From an uncultured Phycisphaeraceae bacterium (GTDB lineage: Bacteria > Planctomycetota > Phycisphaerae > UBA1845), in assembly GCA_964637715.1 (NCBI GenBank), contig CAZWWW010000003.1:1-24446 (forward strand): DNA of 24,446 nucleotides. Direction: 5' to 3'. Shown here piece by piece: positions 1 to 8,742 of the stretch (its first letter is position 1; each line of letters starts with the position of its first letter). Under the pieces are notes generated by a model. It saw only the letters and a list, made by a program, of their open reading frames with translations. It ran no database searches and was not told the DNA's origin. The translations under genes were made by a program, and so were the position numbers.

Positions 1-54
1 TGGCCCGCCCTACCCGAGTCGCAGCATGTTCTCCCGCCTAAACTGTCATGGACC

Positions 55-1032
55 CTATCCCACCTCACGCTGCTGGAAGGCGGAGACGGCAATCCCCAGA
101 ATGCCGACGGTGAGCAGGGTCGCGTAGCCGGTGGTCAGCAGAACATAGCCCGGTGTTACTGTCGTTGCGCTGTCGCCGCTTGTGAGTCCGTCGATCACCC
201 AGAAGGGTCCGATGTTGGGTATGACGTGGTAGGCGATCGAGGCGAGGTTGGACTTTCCCGCATATTGGCCGAACGCGTAATCGGAGATAAACCCCAGTGC
301 CAGAAACACGACGCACACCACGAAGGTCATCAGCTGTCCGAAACGCGTGGAGGCTGTAATCGCAACCGCGGCGGTCAACATCACAGCCAGAAAGACCAGG
401 TAGGCGGCGATAATGATTTGTCCGCCGATGTAGTTCGACCCGAATGGGATGACCTCCCAATGCTCGTTGAATTTGCCGATCAGGAGAACCGAAAGGGTCA
501 GCAGCGGAGCCACCACGGCAATGGTCGTCGTGGCGAAATGCTTGCCGTAGAAATAATTGCACCACGCCCCGCCCAGCAGCGCAAGAATCAGGCTGCCGAA
601 GCCCAATGCCAGAACGGGCGCATCCCACGGATCGGAACTGTTTTGGAGTACGCCGTGCCGGATCGTGAGCACGAACACCAGAAACATCAGGTAATAGGCG
701 AGGACCAGAGCCCCCAGCAACCCGGCAAACTTACCCAAAATGAACACCGGGCGGCCCACGGGCTTGGATATGACCGACAGGACGGTTTTGTTCTCGATCT
801 CCCGGCTCAAGATTCCGGCTGCGCTGAAGGCGGATAAGAACAATCCGCCGAGCAGGAGCGTAGAGAGTCCAAGATCGATGAGCAGCTTGTTGTCATCACC
901 GAGGGTAAACGCCGCCAGCGAAACGTTTAACACCAGCAGCAGGGCCGTTGTGATCAGAATGACGCCGTAAATCGGCTGCCTGATCGTTTCGAGGAAGGCG
1001 TTGGCGGCGATCGAATAGAGCTTTTGGAACAT
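55..1032 (-). CDS. ABC-2 family transporter permease (GldF/NosY-like polytopic membrane protein)
   Basis: 325-aa ORF with about 6 hydrophobic helices and an N-terminus typical of ABC-2 permeases (MFQKLYSIAANAFLETIRQPIY...; SREIENKTVLSVISKPVGRPVFILGKFAG). Paralogous in pattern to the permease at 7181..8587. Divergent from the SPFH cluster. Confidence 0.75.
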   Translation of the reverse strand: MFQKLYSIAANAFLETIRQPIYGVILITTALLLVLNVSLAAFTLGDDNKLLIDLGLSTLLLGGLFLSAFSAAGILSREIENKTVLSVISKPVGRPVFILGKFAGLLGALVLAYYLMFLVFVLTIRHGVLQNSSDPWDAPVLALGFGSLILALLGGAWCNYFYGKHFATTTIAVVAPLLTLSVLLIGKFNEHWEVIPFGSNYIGGQIIIAAYLVFLAVMLTAAVAITASTRFGQLMTFVVCVVFLALGFISDYAFGQYAGKSNLASIAYHVIPNIGPFWVIDGLTSGDSATTVTPGYVLLTTGYATLLTVGILGIAVSAFQQREVG

Positions 1033-1244
1033 AGTTCAGTGTTGCGTATTCACGATCGGTATTGGGTGGCGACCTCCACGGGTCCCGAGCCGGCCCGGTT
1101 GGCGTCGAACCCAAACTATTGTAACCTGCCCGCCCCGGCAAGCCGCCCGCGCCGCACGGAGCCGGCGGGGTTATGGCTTACGGTTGTTACGTTCAACACG
1201 GCACCCGGGTTCGCAGCGACCCGTGCAGAATACGCAGAGTCAGT

Positions 1245-3368
1245 ATGACCCCACACAACGCACCTGATGATCGTCGGGCACAGCACATAGCCGCGCTGGG
1301 GTTCCTTCTCCAGACGGTGGCGTTCGCCACGCTGGGGGGTATTGCGCTGTGGATGGAATCGTCAGCGGCCGGAGCCGTCACCCGGTTCGTGCTGGTGGGG
1401 CTGCCGGTGTGGGTCATCCTCTGGCTGGTGTTCAAGCAGATCCATCGCGTCCGAATCGAGCAACTCGAGACCAACGAAATCCGCCGCGCCCGCGCCGCCG
1501 GCGCGAGCGTCGCTATCTTTGATATGGACGATGAGGCCCTGCTCATCGAGCAGAACCGTCTGCGCTGGATCGTGCGCTGGCTACTCCCGGCGACAACGGT
1601 GGTCGTAGCGTTGCTCCTGCTGGGCGGGCAATTCGTTGGATGGGATTGGACGCTCGACGACGTGTTCAAACCAGCGCTCGAAGGCGGTCCTTCACCGACG
1701 AAAAACCCCATCATGATTATGTGGGTGGTTGTCGGCGTGGGGTTTGTCTGTTTTCTCTACGCCCGCTACACGATCGCACTGGCCAGATTGTCCGACTGGC
1801 GATTGCTTCACGCGGGCGCAGTGTTCATGTACGGCAACGCGTACGCCTGTTTGCTGCTCGCGATTTCCCTGATGGCTACGACGATCGACTGGTCGGAGCC
1901 GTTGCTGGCTTTGATCGTGCGCTGGGCGATGATTGTGCTGGGCGCCGAACTCGCGGTAAACTTCATTCTCGAGTTCTATCGACCGCGGGCGCCGGGGGTT
2001 GTGGCCAGGCCCTCGTTCGACAGCCGGTTGCTGAGTTTGCTCAGTGAACCCGGTGGTATCGCCAAGTCCATAGCCGAAACGGTTAACTATCAATTTGGAT
2101 TTGAGGTTTCGTCGACCTGGTTTTACCAGTTGCTCCAGCGCTGGTTGTTTCCCATTACGGTGGTCGCGGCGTTGATCGTCGTGGCCATGACCAGCGTGGT
2201 AATTGTCGATGCGGACGAACAGGCCGTCGTTGAGCGATTCGGTCGACCCGTCGGATCTGACGACGAATCGGTGCTTGGTCCCGGACTGCACATCAAGTGG
2301 CCCTATCCCATCGACGTGGTGCAGCGTGCGCCGGTACGAAGAATCAGCGAGGCGGTTATCGGCGAGGCGTCGGAGGACGAGGACGACAAACCGAACCAGG
2401 CCGTTTTATGGACGGAACCGCACGAGTATGTTCCCGAAATGATGCTGCTCGTGGCGGCCCCGAAATCAGCCGCGGAGTCAGCCTACGAAGCCAGCACCGG
2501 TGCACCGACTGAAGGCACCCGAAGTGTGGCGGTCAGCCTGCTCATGATCTCCGTGCCCATCGAATACCGCATCAAAGACGTGCGCCGGTATCTGTACAAC
2601 TATATTGAACCGGAAAAGCTGATCGAGAACGTGGCGTATCAATTCTTGTCCGACTATGCGGCGGGCGTGGATATCGATGAGTTCATCGGACCGGGTCGCG
2701 AGGCCATCAACGCCGAACTGAAAGAGGCGATCCAGCAACGCGTCGACGACCTTAAACTGGGCGTGGAGATCGTCTTTGTGGGGGTGCGTGGGGCCCACCC
2801 GCCCTCGAAAAACGGCGTTGCCGTTGCGTTTCAGAGTGCGGTTTCGGCGGAGACGAACATGGCCGCTACGATTAATACGGCCAACGGTGAAGCGCGGCGG
2901 ATTCTGACCAAGGTGGCGGGCACGGAGGGGCAGGCCCGCAATTTTGATGAAGCGATCCGCGTACGAAACCGGCTGCGCGCGCAAACGCCCGTTGATCCCG
3001 ATGCGTTGGCCGGTGCGGAACGACGTGTCGACCTTTTGTTGATGGGCGACGCGGACGAAGGTACCGAAGCGCTGAGCGGTGAGGTGGCGGCGATGATGGC
3101 CGATGCCCGCGCGATCGCAAGCGACCAGATCAGTCAGGCGTCGGCCAAGGTTCGCGCGTTTGCTACGGAAGTGGCAGCCTATGAGGCGGCCCCCACACTG
3201 TACAAGCAACGCAAGTCGTTCGAAGTGTACGAAGATATCGACGACGTGCGTAAGTATGTGATCGTTGGGGATACGTCCAACGTCATCCTTGAGTACATCG
3301 GTGTGGAGCAGGGCGGATTGGATCGGGTGCTCAGCGAGAATACGCAAAAGAAGGATACCGGTCACTGA
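1245..3368 (+). CDS. SPFH/band-7 (HflK-like) protein fused to a ~330-aa N-terminal polytopic membrane domain
   Basis: C-terminal half carries the HflK/HflC signature (VVIVDADEQAVVERFGRPV...GPGLHIKWPYPIDVV; ANGEARRILTKVAGTEGQARNFDEA coiled-coil tail). N-terminal half has about 6 predicted TM helices. The six-frame ORF begins at 1173 (ATG); the ATG at 1245 (MTPHNAP...) is the more plausible start, but this is uncertain. Confidence 0.75.
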   Translation: MTPHNAPDDRRAQHIAALGFLLQTVAFATLGGIALWMESSAAGAVTRFVLVGLPVWVILWLVFKQIHRVRIEQLETNEIRRARAAGASVAIFDMDDEALLIEQNRLRWIVRWLLPATTVVVALLLLGGQFVGWDWTLDDVFKPALEGGPSPTKNPIMIMWVVVGVGFVCFLYARYTIALARLSDWRLLHAGAVFMYGNAYACLLLAISLMATTIDWSEPLLALIVRWAMIVLGAELAVNFILEFYRPRAPGVVARPSFDSRLLSLLSEPGGIAKSIAETVNYQFGFEVSSTWFYQLLQRWLFPITVVAALIVVAMTSVVIVDADEQAVVERFGRPVGSDDESVLGPGLHIKWPYPIDVVQRAPVRRISEAVIGEASEDEDDKPNQAVLWTEPHEYVPEMMLLVAAPKSAAESAYEASTGAPTEGTRSVAVSLLMISVPIEYRIKDVRRYLYNYIEPEKLIENVAYQFLSDYAAGVDIDEFIGPGREAINAELKEAIQQRVDDLKLGVEIVFVGVRGAHPPSKNGVAVAFQSAVSAETNMAATINTANGEARRILTKVAGTEGQARNFDEAIRVRNRLRAQTPVDPDALAGAERRVDLLLMGDADEGTEALSGEVAAMMADARAIASDQISQASAKVRAFATEVAAYEAAPTLYKQRKSFEVYEDIDDVRKYVIVGDTSNVILEYIGVEQGGLDRVLSENTQKKDTGH

Positions 3369-3579
3369 TGTGGTGCGCTGCGTTGACGGATGCGTTGATC
3401 CGCGTGCCAAGGATGGGTCGCCACGGGTGCGTTCCCGCGGCGCATGACGGCGAGGCGTTTGACGGATGCAAGAGTCGATTCGGGAGGCGGTCTCGGTGTG
3501 CGGTCGTATCGGCGGGCTTCCCTGAGGCGTCGTGTGGGTACGGTTCGGTTTGTCGGTATCAGAGACGGAGTGTCATTGA

Positions 3580-4557
3580 ATGAAGAATATCGGCACCATC
3601 ATGGCGGCGATCGTCGTGGCGCTGGTGCTTGCCCTGTACATGTGCACCTTCAAGATTCGGTTTACGGAAGTGGCCATCGTCAAGACATGGGGTAAGCCCG
3701 CCAAGGAAGCGATTACCGAACCGGGCTTGAATTTCAAGTGGCCGCCGCCGATTCAAACGGTCGTGCTCTACGACAAACGTACCCGCGTGCTCGACGATCG
3801 TACGGAGGAAACGCGCACGATCGACGGCAAGAACGTCGTGGTGACCACGTTTACGCTGTGGCGCATCGCTGACCCGTCCAAGTTTCATACGAACTTTCCG
3901 AGCGGCGTGGAAGACGGCGAAAAGAAGTTGCGCACGGCGGTCATAACCCACAAGCACGCGGTCATGGGTCGTCATCGCTTTGGGGAAATCGTGTCCACCG
4001 ACCCCAAAGAGCGTAAGCTACGGGAGATCGAATCCGAAATCCGCAAGCAGATCGCCGACGATGTGTTGGACGCATACGGTATTGAAGTGCTCGGGTTCGG
4101 TATCAAGAAAATAGGGCTGCCCGAGGCCGTGACCACCTCCATCTTCGAGAGCATGAAGTCACATGAGCAGGCCAAGGCGGCGCGGTATCAGGCGGAGGGC
4201 GACGCCCGGGCAAACGACATTCTCGCCAACGCCAAGGCCGCGAAAGAACGGATTCTTTCAGCCGCCAACCAGAAAGTGGCGGACATCGAAGCCGAGGCCC
4301 AGCGCGTCGTCAGCAAGTACTACAAGGAATTCGATCAGCACCCGGAGCTCCGGATTTTTCTCGACGAATTGCGCACGACCGCTCGGGCCCTCCAGTCGCG
4401 CACGACGCTGGTGCTGCCCACCGCCGATCCGCCCTTCGACGTGTTTGATCAGGAGGCGCGGCGGCGGATTATCAGCGGCGATTCGATCGGCAACTCCGGT
4501 GCCGACAGTGGTGTACCCGTGACCGTTCGTGCGAAGCCGGAACCCGACGCAGACTGA
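3580..4557 (+). CDS. hflC: HflC-like SPFH/band-7 membrane protease modulator
   Basis: 325 aa. Single N-terminal TM helix (MKNIGTIMAAIVVALVLALYMCTF), then a motif closely matching HflC (KIRFTEVAIVKTWGKPAKEAITEPGLNFKWPPPIQTVVLYDKRTRVLD), then a C-terminal charged coiled-coil. GGAG 13 nt upstream of the ATG. Confidence 0.85.
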   Translation: MKNIGTIMAAIVVALVLALYMCTFKIRFTEVAIVKTWGKPAKEAITEPGLNFKWPPPIQTVVLYDKRTRVLDDRTEETRTIDGKNVVVTTFTLWRIADPSKFHTNFPSGVEDGEKKLRTAVITHKHAVMGRHRFGEIVSTDPKERKLREIESEIRKQIADDVLDAYGIEVLGFGIKKIGLPEAVTTSIFESMKSHEQAKAARYQAEGDARANDILANAKAAKERILSAANQKVADIEAEAQRVVSKYYKEFDQHPELRIFLDELRTTARALQSRTTLVLPTADPPFDVFDQEARRRIISGDSIGNSGADSGVPVTVRAKPEPDAD

Positions 4558-4562
4558 TCCCC

Positions 4563-5870
4563 ATGCACCAGCATAACAACCATTCACCCGCCCACGACGA
4601 CGACGACGCGCCGCCCGCGCTCAACGCGGTCGATGCCCCGCTCGACGCGGCCGGGCAATCACTGGCTGAGGCGCTGCGGGCGAGCTTCGGCATTCTGAAG
4701 ATCATCATGTTCGTGCTGTTCGTGCTGTACCTTTTTTCCAACGTGCGGCGCATCGAAAGTCACGAGCAGGCGATGACGCTACGGCTTGGGGCGCTACAAC
4801 CGGGGGTCAAAGAGGCGGGTCTGGTGTGGGCGTTCCCGTTTCCCATTGACGAAATCATCACCCTCCCCACCCGCAAGAGCAATGATCTTGTGATCGACAG
4901 CCAGACGTTCCACCGTCGCCCCAATGAGGTCGGACGGGACCTGAGCAGGATATCGCGCGGATCGTCACAGGGGCTCAACCCGGCGCTCGACGGCGCGCTG
5001 CTTACCGCCGATGCGGGTCTGGTGCATATCCGGTGGAAGGTCACCTACAAGATTGACGACGTCGCGAAATACATCACCAACATCTACGGTCGCCGGATCG
5101 AGGCGGCTGAGCAGCTTATTCAACGCACGGTGGAAAAGGCCGGCGTTCTCGTGGCCAGTGAACTCACCGCCGACGAAGTGATTCGCACACGCGTCGACTG
5201 GGTGCAGCGGGAGATGATCCGCCTGGTCAACCAGCAACTGACCGGGATAGATTCCGGGATCGTGGTAACCCGTGTTGAGATGAGTGAACGCACGGTGCCC
5301 ATTCCCGTGCGCGGGGCGTTCGACGGGACACAGGTCGCCGAAAATTTCAAGCAGAAGAGAATCCGGGACGCCGAGCAGGAGCGAACCAGAATCCTGAGCG
5401 AAGCGGCGGGTTCGTCCTATTCGGTATTGCTCAACGTGCTGGATAAGATCGATCGACGCAAAGCTGAGAGCGAGTCGGTGGATGATCTGCGAAAGCGACT
5501 CGATTGGCTGTTCGAGAACGATGCCGAGGGGGAAGCCGGTCGGCGCATCAAAAACGCAGGTACGTATCTTTCCCGCGTGGTCGGGCAGATTCAAAGCGAC
5601 GTGGAATTGTACCGTACGCTCCTGCCGGAGTTCGAGCGCAACCCCGCGTTGCTTGTAGCCCGGTTGTGGGAGAAAACGCGCGAGGAGATCTTCGACAACG
5701 ACGGCGTTACCAAGTTCTATAGGCCCGCCGGCGCGCAAATCCGTTTACACATTCCGCTTGACGCCGAGGAGCAGCGCCACGCCGAGGAACGAAGGTTGCA
5801 ATCCAAGGAGTTTGACGCCTCGAAACTTCGCCCCACGAAGTGGGTGCCCGTCGGACCGGAAGCCGAATAA
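4563..5870 (+). CDS. hflK: HflK-like SPFH/band-7 membrane protein
   Basis: 435 aa. Acidic disordered N-terminus, one TM helix (ILKIIMFVLFVLYLFSNV), then the HflK core motif (MTLRLGALQPGVKEAGLVWAFPFPIDEIITLP) and a long helical C-terminus. Starts 5 nt after the hflC-like stop. Confidence 0.8.
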   Translation: MHQHNNHSPAHDDDDAPPALNAVDAPLDAAGQSLAEALRASFGILKIIMFVLFVLYLFSNVRRIESHEQAMTLRLGALQPGVKEAGLVWAFPFPIDEIITLPTRKSNDLVIDSQTFHRRPNEVGRDLSRISRGSSQGLNPALDGALLTADAGLVHIRWKVTYKIDDVAKYITNIYGRRIEAAEQLIQRTVEKAGVLVASELTADEVIRTRVDWVQREMIRLVNQQLTGIDSGIVVTRVEMSERTVPIPVRGAFDGTQVAENFKQKRIRDAEQERTRILSEAAGSSYSVLLNVLDKIDRRKAESESVDDLRKRLDWLFENDAEGEAGRRIKNAGTYLSRVVGQIQSDVELYRTLLPEFERNPALLVARLWEKTREEIFDNDGVTKFYRPAGAQIRLHIPLDAEEQRHAEERRLQSKEFDASKLRPTKWVPVGPEAE

Positions 5871-5888
5871 TACAGATTATGTTTTGGT

Positions 5889-5946
5889 GTGCCGGTCGCG
5901 TCCTTGTTGTTCCCATGGATTGGCTCGAACCGGCACGATGTTTTGT
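5889..5946 (+). terminator. Putative hairpin terminator/attenuator between the SPFH genes and the ABC transporter genes
   Basis: 8-bp GC stem GTGCCGGT(5889-5896)/ACCGGCAC(5929-5936) followed by GATGTTTTGTAG. The loop is unusually large (~32 nt), so this is weak. Confidence 0.3.
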
Positions 5947-5948
5947 AG

Positions 5949-7184
5949 ATGTGGCCACGTATGGGTGACAAGACAGCGCCAGTTGTTCAAACCGTGGGTC
6001 TGTGCAAGACCTTTAAGGACTTCTGGCGGCGCGCGCGCGTCGAGGCGGTATCCGATCTCAACCTGGACATTCGCCCCGGCGAAGTCTTCGGGTTGCTCGG
6101 TCCCAACGGTTCGGGAAAGACCACGACCATCAAGATGATGCTCGGGTTGCTCTATCCGACACGCGGTCGGATTTCCGTATTCGGGAAACCGCCGACGGAT
6201 GTGTCGGTCAAGAACCGCATCGGATTCCTCCCGGAGGATTCCTACCTGTACCGTTACCTTGTCGCCGGGGAGACCCTCGATTTCTTCGGGCGCTTGTTTC
6301 GCCTGCCGAAGCGCGTACGCCGGGAGCGCTGCGAGCGCCTGTTGGATATGGTTGGCTTACGCCAGGAGGCGAAGCGTCCTGTCGGTGAATACAGCAAGGG
6401 CATGGCCCGGCGCATCGGGCTCGCCCAGGCGCTCATCAACGATCCCGAATTTCTAATCCTTGACGAACCGACGTCGGGACTCGACCCGATCGGTGCCCGT
6501 CAGATCAAGGATGTGATCAGAACGCTCGGGCGCAAAGGCAAGACGATTCTTCTTTCGAGTCATGTGCTGGCCGACGTCGAGGACGTGTGTGATCGGGTCA
6601 CGATTCTCTACGGCGGAACCCAGCGCGCGGTCGGCGACATCAACGAGTTACTCCGGGAACGCAGCATCACCCAGATCACAACCCCGACACTTTCCGAAAG
6701 CACCATAGCACAACTGCGCGATCTACTTTACCGTCTGGACAAAAAAGACATTCTCGACGTGTCGAACCCGCGTATGAAGCTGGAGGATTTCTTTCTGCGG
6801 ATCGTGGAGGAAGCCCAGGCCGCCAACGTGCGCACGTTCGGCGCGCGGCGCGGCGGCGAAGTGCCCGAGTTTCTCTCCCAGGCAACCCGGTCCGAAACCG
6901 AATCCGTTATTGATACGCTGGTCGCCGCTTCGTCGGAGCGGGTGCAAGCCGTTACCCCGACGTCCTTGGTCGCGGTGGATCATGACAACGCCCCGGCGCA
7001 GTCACGCCATGTGATCGAGGCGTTGCTCGGCAATGAGGAAACAGCGGACAGCGTCGACGTGGAGCCGGACGCAGAAGCCGTCGCACCGCCACAGTCCGTC
7101 GAGCGCCGGGCCGCGCCGGCCGCCGACCGGTCGGTGATTGACGCACTGGTTCATAAGGACGACGTGGACGAGGACGCCTCGTGA
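5949..7184 (+). CDS. ABC transporter ATP-binding protein with a ~130-aa acidic C-terminal extension
   Basis: Walker A GPNGSGKTT, ABC signature YSKGMARRIGLAQAL, Walker B FLILDEPTSGLD, H-loop SSHVLAD. The C-terminal tail is low-complexity, acidic, with a thrice-repeated SVIDxLV-like motif. Alternative start at the ATG at 5961. Confidence 0.9.
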   Translation: MWPRMGDKTAPVVQTVGLCKTFKDFWRRARVEAVSDLNLDIRPGEVFGLLGPNGSGKTTTIKMMLGLLYPTRGRISVFGKPPTDVSVKNRIGFLPEDSYLYRYLVAGETLDFFGRLFRLPKRVRRERCERLLDMVGLRQEAKRPVGEYSKGMARRIGLAQALINDPEFLILDEPTSGLDPIGARQIKDVIRTLGRKGKTILLSSHVLADVEDVCDRVTILYGGTQRAVGDINELLRERSITQITTPTLSESTIAQLRDLLYRLDKKDILDVSNPRMKLEDFFLRIVEEAQAANVRTFGARRGGEVPEFLSQATRSETESVIDTLVAASSERVQAVTPTSLVAVDHDNAPAQSRHVIEALLGNEETADSVDVEPDAEAVAPPQSVERRAAPAADRSVIDALVHKDDVDEDAS

Positions 7185-8587
7185 GCAGAATCTGGGCAGT
7201 AGCACGCCAGACGATCGCGGAAGGCGTGCGGATGAAAATCGCGATTGTCTTTCTCGTGTTGATCGGGCTGGTCGTGCTGGGTCTTCCGTTTTCGATCCGC
7301 GAGGACGATTCACTCACCAATGCGATCCAGAGCTTCATGTCCTACGCCTTTTCCGCCACGGGGTTGTTGCTCGGCGTGCTGGCGATCTTCATGTCGCGCA
7401 GCGTCTCCGACGAATTAACGCACCGCCAGGTCTTTCTGGTCATGACCAAGCCCATCCCACGCTGGCAATACATTTTCGGTAAGTGGCTGGGCATCGTGGT
7501 GCTCAATTCGGTATTCCTGGCGGGAGCGGGTGTAACCATTTACGGTATGGTTCAGTACATAAAAAGAACGCACCCGCCGCTCAATAAGGAATACGACCTT
7601 AAGGAACTGGACAACGAAGTGCTCGTCGCACGACACGCGGTCAAGACCAAGGTGCCGAGTTTCGCGACCGAAGCGGAGGCGGAATATGAGCGGAACCTCG
7701 AGGAGGGGGTATACGACGACCGCCCCGATTTCCGACCGGAGGAGGAGAAGCGCCGCCTGCTCGCCAAGCATGAGTCGATGTGGCGCGTGGTCGGACCACA
7801 GGACGGTCGCCTGTTCGAGTTCGAAAACGTTCTGCTCGATCGGACGCGCAACAGCCCCGTCTTTATTCGCTTCAAGGCGGAGGTCAGCAATTACCCGCCG
7901 GACGAAATCTTCCGCTCGGTATGGATATGTGGCAACGCATTCAAGAACACGCCCGTGTATCAGATCAATGTGCGCCTCGTGGTGGGGCGCTACCACACGA
8001 TCAAAGTGCCGGCGGACGCCGTGGCCGCCGACAACACGCTTACGGTTCGGTTTTTCAATCGAAACCCCTATCCGGGGGAGCGGCAATTCCGCAACGTGAT
8101 CCAATTTCGAAAGGCGGATGAGGTTGAGTTGCTCTTCGTCGTGGGATCGTTCGAGGGGAACGTGCTTCGCCTCCTCACGTTGATGTGGTGCAAAATCTCC
8201 TTTCTGGCGGCGCTCGGCGTTTTGATGACCACGATGTTTTCGTTCCCCGTCGCCGCGTTGGTTTCGTTCACCGTCTATGCGTTGGCGGGTACCAGCAAGT
8301 TCATTATGGAGTCGTTTGATTTCGCCTCAGCGGATTACGCGACAATGTGGACGTCGCTGAAAGAGTTCGCCCTTCATGTGATTCAATTCTCCTACCAGGC
8401 GCTCATGTATGTCCTGCCCGACTTCAGCCGGTACGATGCCGTCGAAAACCTGGTGAACGGGCGAAACGTAAGTCTGGTATGGGTGCTCCAGGGCATCGTC
8501 GAGCTTGGGGTGATTAAGACCACGATCGTACTGGGTTTGGCCATGCTGCTCTATTACCGCCGTGAGCTGGCGGAGGTGTCGTTGTGA
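7181..8587 (+). CDS. ABC-2 family transporter permease with a large extracytoplasmic loop domain
   Basis: GTG start overlapping the ATPase stop (GTGA). N-terminus and first helices match the ABC-2 permease pattern (IWAVARQTIAEGVR...; SRSVSDELTHRQVFLVMTKPIPRWQYIFGKWLG). ~220-aa soluble insert, then 4 C-terminal TM helices. Confidence 0.75.
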   Translation: MSRIWAVARQTIAEGVRMKIAIVFLVLIGLVVLGLPFSIREDDSLTNAIQSFMSYAFSATGLLLGVLAIFMSRSVSDELTHRQVFLVMTKPIPRWQYIFGKWLGIVVLNSVFLAGAGVTIYGMVQYIKRTHPPLNKEYDLKELDNEVLVARHAVKTKVPSFATEAEAEYERNLEEGVYDDRPDFRPEEEKRRLLAKHESMWRVVGPQDGRLFEFENVLLDRTRNSPVFIRFKAEVSNYPPDEIFRSVWICGNAFKNTPVYQINVRLVVGRYHTIKVPADAVAADNTLTVRFFNRNPYPGERQFRNVIQFRKADEVELLFVVGSFEGNVLRLLTLMWCKISFLAALGVLMTTMFSFPVAALVSFTVYALAGTSKFIMESFDFASADYATMWTSLKEFALHVIQFSYQALMYVLPDFSRYDAVENLVNGRNVSLVWVLQGIVELGVIKTTIVLGLAMLLYYRRELAEVSL

Positions 8588-8742
8588 CGGTCTGTTTTCT
8601 GATTGGCTTGTTCCGGTTGTACGACCGGAAAGAACGGGTGCTGAACACGCTCGCAGACCGCCGCGCCGAGGGATACGGACGAATCAATGGGGGCGACCAC
8701 AAACAGATTGCCTGTCGGTCTCTGCGCGATTGAGCACGAAGT

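Noticed and set aside
2478-3410. 310-aa - strand ORF antisense to the SPFH fusion gene. Similar long antisense ORFs occur at 4965..5738(-), 7415..8104(-), 14854..15933(+), 16951..17808(+), 20613..21578(-), 21696..22349(-) and 22736..23314(-).
   Set aside because: Arg/Gly/His-rich low-complexity translations typical of the antisense strand in high-GC genes. Each lies wholly inside a gene with clear family motifs on the other strand.
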